A DNA stretch of 43,864 nucleotides from assembly GCA_039630255.1 (NCBI GenBank), contig JBCNVJ010000213.1:1-43864 (forward strand), written 5' to 3'. The number at the start of each line of letters is the position of its first letter. Position 1 is the first letter of the stretch. Shown one piece after another: positions 9,161-19,160 of the stretch. The notes under the pieces were generated by a model. The model was not told where the DNA came from, searched no databases, and saw only the letters and a program-made list of their open reading frames with translations. Made by a program: the position numbers and the translations under genes. Source of the DNA: Fervidobacterium sp. Its GTDB lineage: Bacteria > Thermotogota > Thermotogae > Thermotogales > Fervidobacteriaceae.

Positions 9161-10312
9161 TTAACCAAATATCGCTAAAAATACACCAGCTGCTACGGCT
9201 GAACCTATAACCCCAGCGACGTTTGGTGACATGGCATGCATAAGGATGAAATTCGTCGGATCTTCTTCTTGAGCAAGTTTCTGAGCGACTCTCGCGGAAT
9301 CAGGTACTGCGGAAACTCCAGCCGCTCCTATCAAAGGGTTCACTTTATCTTTCAGAAACAAATTCATCAGTTTAGCAAACAATATACCTGAAGCTAAGGC
9401 TGATACAAAAGCAAACGCCCCCATTCCAAAAACAAGCAATGACTGTGGTTTTAAAAATATGTCTGCTCTTGCTGAAGCACCTACTGAAAGGCACAATAAA
9501 ATTGTTGTCGTGTCAAGTATATACTTACTCGCAGCCTCCACTAATCTTTTAACATTTCCTACTTCTCTTAGCAAATTTCCAAACATAAGTGGACCCACGA
9601 GTGTTAAAGATTGGGGAACAATAAGAGCAGTCACAAGTGTAGTTACAAGCGAAAATACTATTTTCTCTGTCTTAGAAACTTTCCTTGGTGGCTTCATTCT
9701 TATCAAACGTTCTTTTTTTGTCGTAAGAAGTTTAGAAACGGGAGGTTGTAAAATTGGTATAAGTGCAATGTAAGAGTATGCTGCTATTGCAATTATAGAA
9801 AGAAGTTCTGGAGAAAATTTTGTTGCTACGTATATAGAAGTTGGACCATCTGCTCCACCAATTATACCTATTGAAGCAGCTTGTTTGAAAGTAAATCCAA
9901 AAAATCTTGAAAGTATAAACGTTAAAAATATACCTATCTGTGCCGCCCCACCAAGAAAAATTGTAATTGGGTATGAAATCATAAAAGAAAAATCTGTCAA
10001 AGCACCTATACCAAGAAAAATAAGGGGAGGATACACACCAAAATCTAACCCCTTTTTGATATAATACATAAATCCCCCCGGTATAAATCGACCATCAGGA
10101 AATGTCTGTGGAGGATTTAAGATTCCAGTAGATAATGGAGGAATATTTGAAAGAACAATACCAAAAGCTATTGGTATAAGAAGTAGTGGTTCAGCATCCT
10201 TTTTAACAGCAACGTATATCAGAATACCTGCTATAGCAAGCATGACAAAATTGCCCAAAGTCATTTGGGTAAATGCCATTTTCTCAAAAAATAACAAAAA
10301 CTGATGCAACAT
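9161..10312 (-). CDS. oadB: Na+-translocating decarboxylase beta subunit (copy 1)
   Basis: EPLLLIPIAFG, IGIIGGADGPTSIY, AYSYIAL and NPLIGAAGVSAVP motifs. Confidence 0.93.
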   Translation of the reverse strand: MLHQFLLFFEKMAFTQMTLGNFVMLAIAGILIYVAVKKDAEPLLLIPIAFGIVLSNIPPLSTGILNPPQTFPDGRFIPGGFMYYIKKGLDFGVYPPLIFLGIGALTDFSFMISYPITIFLGGAAQIGIFLTFILSRFFGFTFKQAASIGIIGGADGPTSIYVATKFSPELLSIIAIAAYSYIALIPILQPPVSKLLTTKKERLIRMKPPRKVSKTEKIVFSLVTTLVTALIVPQSLTLVGPLMFGNLLREVGNVKRLVEAASKYILDTTTILLCLSVGASARADIFLKPQSLLVFGMGAFAFVSALASGILFAKLMNLFLKDKVNPLIGAAGVSAVPDSARVAQKLAQEEDPTNFILMHAMSPNVAGVIGSAVAAGVFLAIFG

Positions 10313-10386
10313 ATTCTGCCTCCTCTCATAGCAATTACTATTAATTGTGTAACGTTTTCTGTTTTGGCTTACTTCTCTCAGTTATA

Positions 10387-10414
10387 GTATACTCCTTATA
10401 AAATCAATTGCAAA
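10387..10414 (-). promoter_or_regulatory. Putative sigma70 promoter of oadB-korD-korA
   Basis: Minus strand TTGCAA-N16-TATACT, ~75 nt upstream of the oadB start. Confidence 0.4.
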
Positions 10415-10499
10415 CTGCAAATAGTAAAACAAAAGAGAGCATAGCACCGTTTTAACATAACTTTCCAATTTATTCATTTTTGGAGTTATTTCAAAGACT

Positions 10500-11717
10500 T
10501 CAAAAAGAGATCGTTCCGTCCGCCGCTATTTTGAAACCATTCTTTCGTAGTTCATCTACCACCCTTTCTACTGGTACGTCAATAAAAGCCGATATATCTT
10601 TTGCTGTTATTTTTGCCTCATTAAAGATATTCTCAAAGTATTTAATTGCCATTAAGATCCTCTGAACACTATTGGGGGTAAATTTCATACTTATTAATTT
10701 TTTGACTTGCTTTATCCTCATAAGTTGTGATTCAATTATCTTTAACACAAACTTTGGATTATTCTTGATATATTTCTCAATACCTTCACACGAAATTGGT
10801 ATTATCGCTGCAGGGGATATAGAGTATAAAGTTACCATTCTAATCTTTGAATCTAATAAAGCCCCCTCGCCTACAAATTCACCTGGCTTGACTATGGACA
10901 ACAATATTTCTTTGTCTTCATAAAGTTTTACAGCTTTGAGGTAACCCTTCAAAACTAAGTATCCTTCGTTGGCTTTTTCACCTTCGAGTGTAACCACCGT
11001 ATATGGTGGCAACAATAGTCCGCCTTTCATAAAAATCTCAAGTATGTCTTGTTTTTGTCCACCATGTACAAAAGAAAACAAATATACATAAGACAGGCAA
11101 CCTAAGTATTCCTTTGGATTTAACCTTCTAAGGTGTAATTCTGCACTTTCCGGTTGTAAAATAATACTAAGTAACGTATACCAAACCATTATTTCTTTAC
11201 GTAATTCATCACTCAAAGGTTCTGACAAGAGTCTTACAACAACATCAAAAGCTTCTTTAACATATCCATTTGAGTAAAGACGCTTCGCATTTAGTATGTC
11301 TTGAAAGATTCTATCATCTATTTTCATCGAATTTGGATGGATCCTTTTGAAATACCTCATCCTATCAGGTCCAACGTACTCAGGTAATTCTCGAGACTCG
11401 GCAAGTTCAGAGTCTATTAACAATAATCGTTTAGATAATGAGTTTATAACAGTTCTTAAAATATTATAATGGTTTTCAATTTGAAGAATTTCCTCAGGTT
11501 TAAATTGATAAAATGTTGCTTCGTCTGATTCGATTGTTACAATCTCTTCAGATGGTAAATTAAAGAAAGCCCATTCACCAAAGGTCCCGTGTTCAAATGT
11601 TAGTTTCTTATTATGCAATTTAGCAGAAACGATTCCTTCCACAAGGTAATAAATCTTTTTGACATTCTCACCAAAGTTATACAATATAGTTTCTTTTGGA
11701 AATGTAATTAAATCCAT
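10500..11717 (-). CDS. Tandem cNMP-domain, CRP/FNR-like regulator (degenerate cNMP + TPR-like + cNMP + HTH)
   Basis: N-domain IYYLVEG..FGEWAF; second domain YLVLKG..PGEFVGEGALLDSKIRMVT; C-terminal ITAKDISAFIDVPVERVVDEL HTH. Start taken as MDLITF behind GGGATG. Confidence 0.75.
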   Translation of the reverse strand: MDLITFPKETILYNFGENVKKIYYLVEGIVSAKLHNKKLTFEHGTFGEWAFFNLPSEEIVTIESDEATFYQFKPEEILQIENHYNILRTVINSLSKRLLLIDSELAESRELPEYVGPDRMRYFKRIHPNSMKIDDRIFQDILNAKRLYSNGYVKEAFDVVVRLLSEPLSDELRKEIMVWYTLLSIILQPESAELHLRRLNPKEYLGCLSYVYLFSFVHGGQKQDILEIFMKGGLLLPPYTVVTLEGEKANEGYLVLKGYLKAVKLYEDKEILLSIVKPGEFVGEGALLDSKIRMVTLYSISPAAIIPISCEGIEKYIKNNPKFVLKIIESQLMRIKQVKKLISMKFTPNSVQRILMAIKYFENIFNEAKITAKDISAFIDVPVERVVDELRKNGFKIAADGTISF

Positions 11718-11737
11718 AAAATCACATCCCAAAAGAA

Positions 11738-12889
11738 CTATTCAAACCAAAAACTTTTTAACTGTCCTTCTTTCATGAGAAACTCGCCTTTCGAAATTAC
11801 TGAAACTACATCCCAGTCTTTCAAAAACACTATATCTGCATCACAGCCAGGAGAAATCCTTCCTTTCTCCTTAAGTTCAATCACATTTGCGACATTTACA
11901 GTAGATAACTTAATTGCATCCTCAAACTTAACACCACGTTGAACTACTATTTTTATTGTGTGAATCAGCGCGCCAACACTTCCCACATCAAGACCAACAA
12001 GATTTCCATTTTTATCAAACTTTGGCAGACTACCTTGTCCATCTGAAGAAATGGTAACGTTATCAAACAGGCCATTTTCATACGCCATCAAGATACCATC
12101 AATCGTGTTAAACTCACTTATATTAATATCCTCTGAAGGTTGAAGAGCTGTTAAATCTATGTATCCACCCATTTTCACAAATTCAAGCCCATTTTCAAAT
12201 AACTTCTTATTTCTCGACATGTGAGTTGGATAAAGATGTTTTATAGGAATTTCTGTGTATTTTATTATATCAAATAACCAATCTATCCCTCTCGCTCCAC
12301 TTCCTATATGGAAGTTAACAATTCCAGGTTTTCCAGAAATCATTCCACCGACACGAGCATCCGAAACTACTCTTAAGATCTCTTCATATGTAGGCTGAGA
12401 GGATCTGTGATCCGATATAGCTATTTCGCCAACACCAATTACTTTATCTATAAGTATCAGATCCTTTTGAACACTTCCAGTGAAAGTGATTGGTGGAATT
12501 CTGTAGGAACCAGTGTAAATGTATGTGTTAAGTCCTTCCTTTTCAAGAGCTTTAGATTTTGCATACAGGTTTTCAAGACTTCTTGTGACGTTATCCGTCC
12601 CAAGACATCCTACAACAGTAGTCACACCGTTCATAATGCAATCTTTGATTCTTAGCTCGGGGGTTCTTGTTGAAAAACCGCCCTCTCCCCCGCCACCTGT
12701 AATGTGAACATGCGGATCGATTAAACCTGGTATAGCTATTAATCCTGATGCATTATATACCTCAACATCTGGCATTAAAATATTCATTTCTCTCTCAATT
12801 CGAACAATTTTGCTTCCAGCAATCAATATATCAACACTTCCCAAATACTTAGGCGAGTAAACGTACGCGTTTTTTATAAGTTTTATCAT
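11738..12889 (-). CDS. iadA: Isoaspartyl dipeptidase (beta-aspartyl peptidase, M38)
   Basis: PGLIDPHVHITGGGGEGG, GCLGTD, AISDHRSSQP, PTHM and SSDGQGSLPKF motifs. Confidence 0.95.
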   Translation of the reverse strand: MIKLIKNAYVYSPKYLGSVDILIAGSKIVRIEREMNILMPDVEVYNASGLIAIPGLIDPHVHITGGGGEGGFSTRTPELRIKDCIMNGVTTVVGCLGTDNVTRSLENLYAKSKALEKEGLNTYIYTGSYRIPPITFTGSVQKDLILIDKVIGVGEIAISDHRSSQPTYEEILRVVSDARVGGMISGKPGIVNFHIGSGARGIDWLFDIIKYTEIPIKHLYPTHMSRNKKLFENGLEFVKMGGYIDLTALQPSEDINISEFNTIDGILMAYENGLFDNVTISSDGQGSLPKFDKNGNLVGLDVGSVGALIHTIKIVVQRGVKFEDAIKLSTVNVANVIELKEKGRISPGCDADIVFLKDWDVVSVISKGEFLMKEGQLKSFWFE

Positions 12890-12913
12890 ACATCCACTCC
12901 TTAATAAATAGAA

Positions 12914-12942
12914 TTATCAGACGGCTGTGTGCCGTCTGATAA
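12914..12942 (-). terminator. Strong hairpin (terminator or mRNA-stabilising stem) between kbl and iadA
   Basis: 12-bp stem TTATCAGACGGC/GCCGTCTGATAA with a 5-nt loop; only an imperfect U-tract follows. Confidence 0.6.
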
Positions 12943-12953
12943 ATTTGAAATAA

Positions 12954-14141
12954 TCAAATTACACCTAACTTTTTTCCAATTTTCTCGAATTTTTCAAGTG
13001 CATAATCTAAGTCCTGTTTACTGTGTACAGCACTTATCATTACCCTGATTCTCGCTTTGCCTTTTGGAACAGTTGGATAGCCAATCGATTGAGCAAACAC
13101 ACCTTCTTCAAATAGTTCCTTACTGAATTGACTTGAAACTTTCGCATCGTAGAGCATAACAGGAGTAATTGGTGTTTGACTAACACCTATATCAAATCCA
13201 AGCTTTTTCATCTCCTCCTTAAAGTATCTTGCGTTATCCCACAATTTTTTAACACGTTCATCACTCTCTTGCAATATCTTAACTGCTTCAAGACAAGCTG
13301 CAACATCTGCAGGTGTTAATCCCGTACTAAAAAGAAAAGGTCTTGCTTTCTGTTTTAAGTATTTAACAATAGTTTCCTTACCAGCAATGTATCCACCAAG
13401 AACTCCAAATGCCTTTGAAAGCGTACCAATTTCCATGTCAACCCTTCCATGTAAATCAAAATGGTCAACAATACCCCTACCACCTTTGCCAAGCACACCT
13501 TCACCATGTGCATCATCAACCATTACAGCAGCTTCATATTTATCAGCTAATTCTACAATCTCTGGTAAAGGAGCGATATCTCCATCCATACTAAAGACAC
13601 CATCTGTTACTATCAATATCCTCCTAGCTTTTTGAATATCCCTTGCTTCTTTCAACCGCGACTCAAGATCATTCATGTCATTATGCCTGTAAACATATCT
13701 CTTTGCCTTTGATAACCTTACCCCATCGATAATACTTGCGTGATTCAGTTCATCAGATATAATTGCGTCATTTTCATCGCCGAATATAGTAGGTATTACG
13801 GCTTGATTTGCTACGAAACCTGATTGTAAGAATATTGTAGCATCAGCACCTTTAAATTCAGCCAATGCCTTTTCAAGTTCTTCGTGGAGTTTCATCGTAC
13901 CGGCTATGGTTCTTACCGCACCGGGACCTACTCCCCACTGGTCTATAGCTCTTTTTGCAGCATTTTTTAATCTTTCGTCATTCGCAAAACCAAGGTAGTT
14001 GTTTGAGCACAAATTCAAGACTTTCTTTCCATTTATGACTATCCATGAACCTTGCGGCGACTCGAGCGTGCGTATATTTATATATAATCCTTCGTTTTTC
14101 AAACTTTCCATTTCATCTTCAAGTATTTTGTAATTAAACAT
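12954..14141 (-). CDS. kbl: Glycine C-acetyltransferase (2-amino-3-ketobutyrate CoA ligase)
   Basis: [33 protein letters not shown] and GTLSKAFG (PLP Lys); adjacent to tdh. Confidence 0.92.
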   Translation of the reverse strand: MFNYKILEDEMESLKNEGLYINIRTLESPQGSWIVINGKKVLNLCSNNYLGFANDERLKNAAKRAIDQWGVGPGAVRTIAGTMKLHEELEKALAEFKGADATIFLQSGFVANQAVIPTIFGDENDAIISDELNHASIIDGVRLSKAKRYVYRHNDMNDLESRLKEARDIQKARRILIVTDGVFSMDGDIAPLPEIVELADKYEAAVMVDDAHGEGVLGKGGRGIVDHFDLHGRVDMEIGTLSKAFGVLGGYIAGKETIVKYLKQKARPFLFSTGLTPADVAACLEAVKILQESDERVKKLWDNARYFKEEMKKLGFDIGVSQTPITPVMLYDAKVSSQFSKELFEEGVFAQSIGYPTVPKGKARIRVMISAVHSKQDLDYALEKFEKIGKKLGVI

Positions 14142-14167
14142 CCATCAAACCCCCTTTCAAAACTATC

Positions 14168-15199
14168 TTAATCTAAATTTAAGACAACTTTACCACATTT
14201 CTTATTTATCATTAGTTCAAAACCTTTTTCCCACTCATCGAAAGGCAAAATATGAGTAACAACCTTCGAAAGATCCACCTTTTTTGTTCTCAACAATTCA
14301 TCGGCTGTTCTCCATGTTTCAAACATTCTTCTTCCGGTTATACCGTACACATTTAAACCTCTCATTGTAATCAAAGAATCGAAATTTATATCTATTTTAC
14401 CACCAAATATACCCAGTATCGAAACTTCTCCACCCATTGTGACGCACCTTAATCCATCTTCAAAAGCTTTTCTGTTTCCACTCATTTCAAGCAAAACATC
14501 AACACCATCGTTTAACATTTTGTACACTTCTTTTACCAAGTCTTTTTCAGCTGGATTTATAACAACATCAGCACCATTTTCCATTGCCATATTAATTCTC
14601 ATTTGATCAACTTCTGAGACTATAACTGTACTTGCGCCAGCTACCTTTGCTATTTGCACAGCCATTAACCCAATAGGGCCGGCACCGGTGATTAATACAT
14701 TCTTACCGAGTAAATTAGTTACAGATGCCGTGTGTATTGCATTACCAAATGGTTCCATAACCGAGGCAAAATCAAGAGGAATTTCAGACGAGAATTTCCA
14801 TAACACACTCTCTGGTATAACCGCGTATTGCGCAAAAATACCGTTTGTATCTACCCCAAGGATCTTTAAATCTTTACATATATGCATTCTTCCAGTCCTA
14901 CATTGATAACAACTCTCACATGGTATATGAGTTTCCGCAGCGACAAGATCACCAATCTTGAACCTTGTAACAGCACTTCCGACAGCAATAACCTCACCTG
15001 CCATTTCATGACCAACGATCAAAGGAGGATTTATTCTCGATTGTGACCATTCATCCCACTTATATATATGTACATCCGTTCCACATATTGATGCCCTGCG
15101 AACTTTTACTAACACATCCCTTGGACCGAGTTCTGATGGTGTCTGCACATCTTTCATTACAAGCCCAGGTCCTGGTTTTTCTTTCATTATCGCTTTCAT
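14168..15199 (-). CDS. tdh: L-threonine 3-dehydrogenase
   Basis: SICGTDVHIY, GHE, CESCYQCRTGRMHIC, GAGPIG and GITGRRMFETW motifs. Start is ATG 15199 or TTG 15214. Confidence 0.95.
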   Translation of the reverse strand: MKAIMKEKPGPGLVMKDVQTPSELGPRDVLVKVRRASICGTDVHIYKWDEWSQSRINPPLIVGHEMAGEVIAVGSAVTRFKIGDLVAAETHIPCESCYQCRTGRMHICKDLKILGVDTNGIFAQYAVIPESVLWKFSSEIPLDFASVMEPFGNAIHTASVTNLLGKNVLITGAGPIGLMAVQIAKVAGASTVIVSEVDQMRINMAMENGADVVINPAEKDLVKEVYKMLNDGVDVLLEMSGNRKAFEDGLRCVTMGGEVSILGIFGGKIDINFDSLITMRGLNVYGITGRRMFETWRTADELLRTKKVDLSKVVTHILPFDEWEKGFELMINKKCGKVVLNLD

Positions 15200-15484
15200 A
15201 ACTGTCGCTCCCAATTTAATCGCCTCCCCCAATTTACGGTATTTTCAAGTTTACCTACTAAATAAAGACTTACTTTCAATATTCTACCGCAATTTAAATT
15301 ATACTACCTAACTTAAAACCTATGAATTACGGTAAGACAAAAATCAGTAAAGTATATAAAAGGAAAAGGAAATTCTAAGGTTTATAGTCACATAATTTGT
15401 TATATTTTGATTTTTTCAATACTTTTTGAGCATATACAACCTGGTAGCATTCACAACGGAAAAAACAGAAATTTCGGCGATTAT

Positions 15485-17275
15485 TTATTCATGACGACCT
15501 AACATTTCTTCTTCTTTCTCTTGGACAAATTGGTTCATGTACAGCCTATAGTATTTTCCTCTTAATTTCATCAGTTGTTCATGTGTACCCTCTTCAACAA
15601 TATTACCAGCCTCAATTACAATTATCTTATCAGCCCCTCGAATAGTTGATAGCCTATGTGCAATTACAAAACTTGTTCGACCATGAAGTATTTTATGTAT
15701 AGCATCCTGTATTAAATGTTCAGTATATGCATCTATTGAGCTTGTAGCTTCATCAAGAACAATAATTTTTGGATTTGAAATCACAACTCTTGCCAATGCA
15801 ATTAGTTGTCTTTGACCAACTGACAATTTTGCCCCAGCTTCACCAACATCTGTGTCGTATCCATTTTCAAGCTTTGTTATAAATTCGTGAGCATTGACAA
15901 GCTTTGCTGCATTCACGATTTCTTCAAATGTGGCTTCGAGTTTTCCATATCTAATATTTTCAGCTACACTTCCACTAAACAAATGTGGGGTTTGAGGCAC
16001 ATAACCTATTTGACTTCGTAAAGAATGTAGTTTTATCCTTTTGTAATCTATACCATCAATGTAAATTTTTCCTTTAACTGGTTCATAAAACCTCCCAATC
16101 AAATTAACTATCGTCGTCTTTCCAGAACCTGTCTCACCAACGATAGCTATAGTCTCGCCTTTTCGTACCTTTAAATTAAAAGATTTCAAGACCCAGTCAC
16201 CCTTTGAGTACTTAAACGATACATTATCAAAAATCACTTCTCCTTCAATTTGTACATCAATACTCCCTGGTTCATCGTATATCTCAGGTTTTGTATCAAT
16301 AAGTTCTATAACACGTTCAGCAGCTGCCTGTGCAGACACTAATTCTGCCAAAATGCGCGCAAGTTGTTGTACCGGTTCAAAGAATTGAATCGAGTAGGAT
16401 ATGGCAGCTGCAAGCGTACCAAAGCTTATCAAACCCATATGAACGTTCTTACCTCCGAATACAAGCATTAAGGCTGTAACCACGTTACCTATAAATAAAA
16501 CAATCGGTGTGTACACCCCAGAAAGAATTATCCCCTTGATTGACGCTACCTTTAGCTCATGGGTTTGTTTCTTGAAGTCGTGCGCCCTCATATCTTCAAT
16601 CGAAAGTACCTTTGTTGTCTTTGCACCAATTAAACCTTCGTTAAACGTACCAGTTACTTCAGACACGAGTTTTCTAACCTTTCTAAACTGCTCTAATATC
16701 AGTTTTTGAAAATATAAACTCACAATTCCAAGTGGTGGAATTGCAAAAACGATAAACAACGCAAGTCTCCAATCCAAAAAGAATGAGTAAATTAGTATGA
16801 ATATCATCGAAGAAACTGCCCAAACACCGTCAACTATTTGCCAAGACATTACTGAACTTATCCTTTGTACATCAGACATTATTCTTGAAATCAAAAATCC
16901 AGTTTGAGTGCTATCAAAAAATGATAAAGAGAGACTTTGAAGTTTCTTAAAAGCAGCGTTTCGTATGTCGAAAGACATACCATTTTCTATTTTTCCAGCA
17001 AGCATTATTAAAAAATACGTTCCAGCAGATTGCACTACAACTACAAACGAAAAAAGCAATGCAAATTTTTCAAATCCCCTAAAATTTTTTTTAATTACAA
17101 AATTATCAATTGCATATTTTGTAAGATATGGATAAGTAGCATCTATGAATCCAACAAGAATCATAACACCTATCAATCCCAAGATATGAAACTTATAATT
17201 CTTTATGAATTCTCCAAATCTTTTCCATACTCTAAAATCAAATCTCTTTTTGTCATCCTTAATCAATTCTTCCAT
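15485..17275 (-). CDS. ABC exporter, fused TMD-NBD half (BmrD/TM288-like)
   Basis: TMD with multiple TM helices; Walker A GETGSGKT, signature LSVGQ (non-canonical), Walker B IIVLDEAT, switch AHRL. Confidence 0.92.
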   Translation of the reverse strand: MEELIKDDKKRFDFRVWKRFGEFIKNYKFHILGLIGVMILVGFIDATYPYLTKYAIDNFVIKKNFRGFEKFALLFSFVVVVQSAGTYFLIMLAGKIENGMSFDIRNAAFKKLQSLSLSFFDSTQTGFLISRIMSDVQRISSVMSWQIVDGVWAVSSMIFILIYSFFLDWRLALFIVFAIPPLGIVSLYFQKLILEQFRKVRKLVSEVTGTFNEGLIGAKTTKVLSIEDMRAHDFKKQTHELKVASIKGIILSGVYTPIVLFIGNVVTALMLVFGGKNVHMGLISFGTLAAAISYSIQFFEPVQQLARILAELVSAQAAAERVIELIDTKPEIYDEPGSIDVQIEGEVIFDNVSFKYSKGDWVLKSFNLKVRKGETIAIVGETGSGKTTIVNLIGRFYEPVKGKIYIDGIDYKRIKLHSLRSQIGYVPQTPHLFSGSVAENIRYGKLEATFEEIVNAAKLVNAHEFITKLENGYDTDVGEAGAKLSVGQRQLIALARVVISNPKIIVLDEATSSIDAYTEHLIQDAIHKILHGRTSFVIAHRLSTIRGADKIIVIEAGNIVEEGTHEQLMKLRGKYYRLYMNQFVQEKEEEMLGRHE

Positions 17276-17280
17276 TATTA

Positions 17281-19065
17281 TCACTCCTTAAAATTTTTTA
17301 GTAAACTTTCGATTTTCCAAACTTTTTGATAAAGTCCAGGTTGGTTTACTAACTCCTCATGTCTTCCTATGTTCGTTATTATGCCATTTTCAAGTACAAT
17401 AATTTTGTCTGCCTCTTTTATGCTCGAAATCCTATGTGAAACTATGATGGTCGTTGCGTTTTTGCTACGTTGTTTTATAGCTTGAATTATTTGTTTTTCC
17501 GTATCCGTGTCCACTGCGCTCATAGAATCATCAAATATCAAGATAGGATATTCTCTCAAAAATGTTCTGGCGATTGTAATCCTTTGTCGTTGACCACCAG
17601 AAAGTGTTACACCCTTTTCACCAACCAAGGTGTCGTACCCTTTTTCAAGCTGCATAATATCATCATGAACAGCAGCGCTAACGGCACTGGAAACGATTTC
17701 TTCGTGCGATGCTTCAGGATTAGTCACAGAAATGTTTTCTTTAACAGTTTCCGAAAATAAGAAAGCTTCTTGGGGTACTAAACCAATATTTCTTCTTAGA
17801 ACAACCTTCGGTATCAAACTTATTTCTTTGCCATCTATCATAATTTTCCCAGAATTAGGTTCATATAATCTCATAAGTAATGAAATTATTGTTGATTTTC
17901 CAGAACCTGTACCTCCAAAGAATGCGACAGTCTCTCCTTTTCTTATCTCAAAAGATACACCTTTTAAGACAGGACGTTCTGGATTATAACCAAACCACAC
18001 ATCTTTAAATTCTATATCACCTTTTAATTCAAATTCAGAATCACAAAATAGGTCCTCAAGTTCGTACGAAAGTATCTCATTTATTCGCTTTAGTGAAACA
18101 CGTACCTTACCAAAATTGGAAAGTATTATTCCAAGTTCTCTTACAGGCCACAACAACATTCCAACATACGTTGTAAAAGCCACAAGAGTACCTATGGTTA
18201 TTTCTTCTCTTATAGCATAATAACTTCCAAGCACAACAACAAGTGCAAATTGAGTGAGTGCAAGAAAGTCAGAAATTGTCCAAAATTTAGCAAAAAGTGC
18301 AAGCAGTTTCAGATCCAGTTCTCTGTATTCTGAGTTCTTCTTAATAAATTTTTGGATTTCGTAACCTTCTCTCGTAAACGCTTTAACAACCCGAACACCA
18401 GTTATGTTTTCTTGAACGGCAGCCGTTACAGATGCTTCAGCTTCGTCGACCTTTTCAAAGTGTTTTTTCACCATAAGAAAAAACCAAAATGCGGTTCCAG
18501 TAAGCAATGGGATAACAGCAGAAGAGATTATAGTCATCTTTAAATTTAAATTTATCATCACATACAACACAAAAATGATCATAAAAACTATACGCCACAC
18601 ACTAATTGCATCAACGTAGAGAAATCTTCTTACAGTTTCAACATCTGAAGTACAGCGCTGTATAACATCACCGGATTGAAAATTGGAATAAAAATCGTAT
18701 TTTGCTTTAAGTATTACATTGTAAAGGTCATCGCGGAGATTTTTGACGATACTTTCTGAAGTTTGCCCCGCAAGCTTCTCTCGTAAAAACGAAAATAGAC
18801 CGTTGAGAAATGAAAATATTAACAATACTATACCAATTACCCATAAGTTCTCCTCCAGATAATTCTTTCCACCAAATAGATTATAAACATACAACCAAAA
18901 ACCTGAATTAGGAACTTTCCCACCAATGACATTATCTATCGTAAATTTAACAATAACAGGTACAAGCCGAGAAAAAACTATAGAAAACGCTGTGAAAATA
19001 ATGGCAAACACGTACTGAGTCGTGTAACCTCTAAAATACTTAAGTAACATTTTAAAATCTTTCAT
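17281..19065 (-). CDS. ABC exporter, fused TMD-NBD half (BmrC/TM287-like, degenerate catalytic Glu)
   Basis: Walker A GGTGSGKS, LSGGQ, Walker B ILIFDDSMSAVD (E->D). Start ATG 19065 behind RBS GGAGGG. Confidence 0.92.
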   Translation of the reverse strand: MKDFKMLLKYFRGYTTQYVFAIIFTAFSIVFSRLVPVIVKFTIDNVIGGKVPNSGFWLYVYNLFGGKNYLEENLWVIGIVLLIFSFLNGLFSFLREKLAGQTSESIVKNLRDDLYNVILKAKYDFYSNFQSGDVIQRCTSDVETVRRFLYVDAISVWRIVFMIIFVLYVMINLNLKMTIISSAVIPLLTGTAFWFFLMVKKHFEKVDEAEASVTAAVQENITGVRVVKAFTREGYEIQKFIKKNSEYRELDLKLLALFAKFWTISDFLALTQFALVVVLGSYYAIREEITIGTLVAFTTYVGMLLWPVRELGIILSNFGKVRVSLKRINEILSYELEDLFCDSEFELKGDIEFKDVWFGYNPERPVLKGVSFEIRKGETVAFFGGTGSGKSTIISLLMRLYEPNSGKIMIDGKEISLIPKVVLRRNIGLVPQEAFLFSETVKENISVTNPEASHEEIVSSAVSAAVHDDIMQLEKGYDTLVGEKGVTLSGGQRQRITIARTFLREYPILIFDDSMSAVDTDTEKQIIQAIKQRSKNATTIIVSHRISSIKEADKIIVLENGIITNIGRHEELVNQPGLYQKVWKIESLLKNFKE

Positions 19066-19092
19066 TTGTACATCCCTCCAACTTTTTATTGA

Positions 19093-19130
19093 TAAAATAA
19101 AAACTCCACGGTGACAACCCGTGGAGTTTT
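19093..19130 (-). terminator. Leader (attenuator) terminator upstream of the ABC exporter genes
   Basis: Minus strand AAAACTCCACGG-GTTGTCA-CCGTGGAGTTTT then TATTTTA; lies between the promoter and the first gene. Confidence 0.85.
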
Positions 19131-19160
19131 CAAACAGCATACAGTAGTATCTTTACTTAT

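Noticed and set aside
10332-10347. CAATTA-CTAT-TAATTG inverted repeat in the oadB1 leader
   Set aside because: Short and AT-rich, so expected by chance; no riboswitch consensus recognised
15233-15484. Possible riboswitch/T-box upstream of tdh-kbl
   Set aside because: No T-box, glycine-riboswitch or terminator/antiterminator motifs seen; only AT-rich promoter-like sequence
19066-19140. N-terminal extension of the ABC subunit (MLFENSTGCHRGV...)
   Set aside because: It runs through the attenuator terminator; the strong RBS precedes ATG 19065
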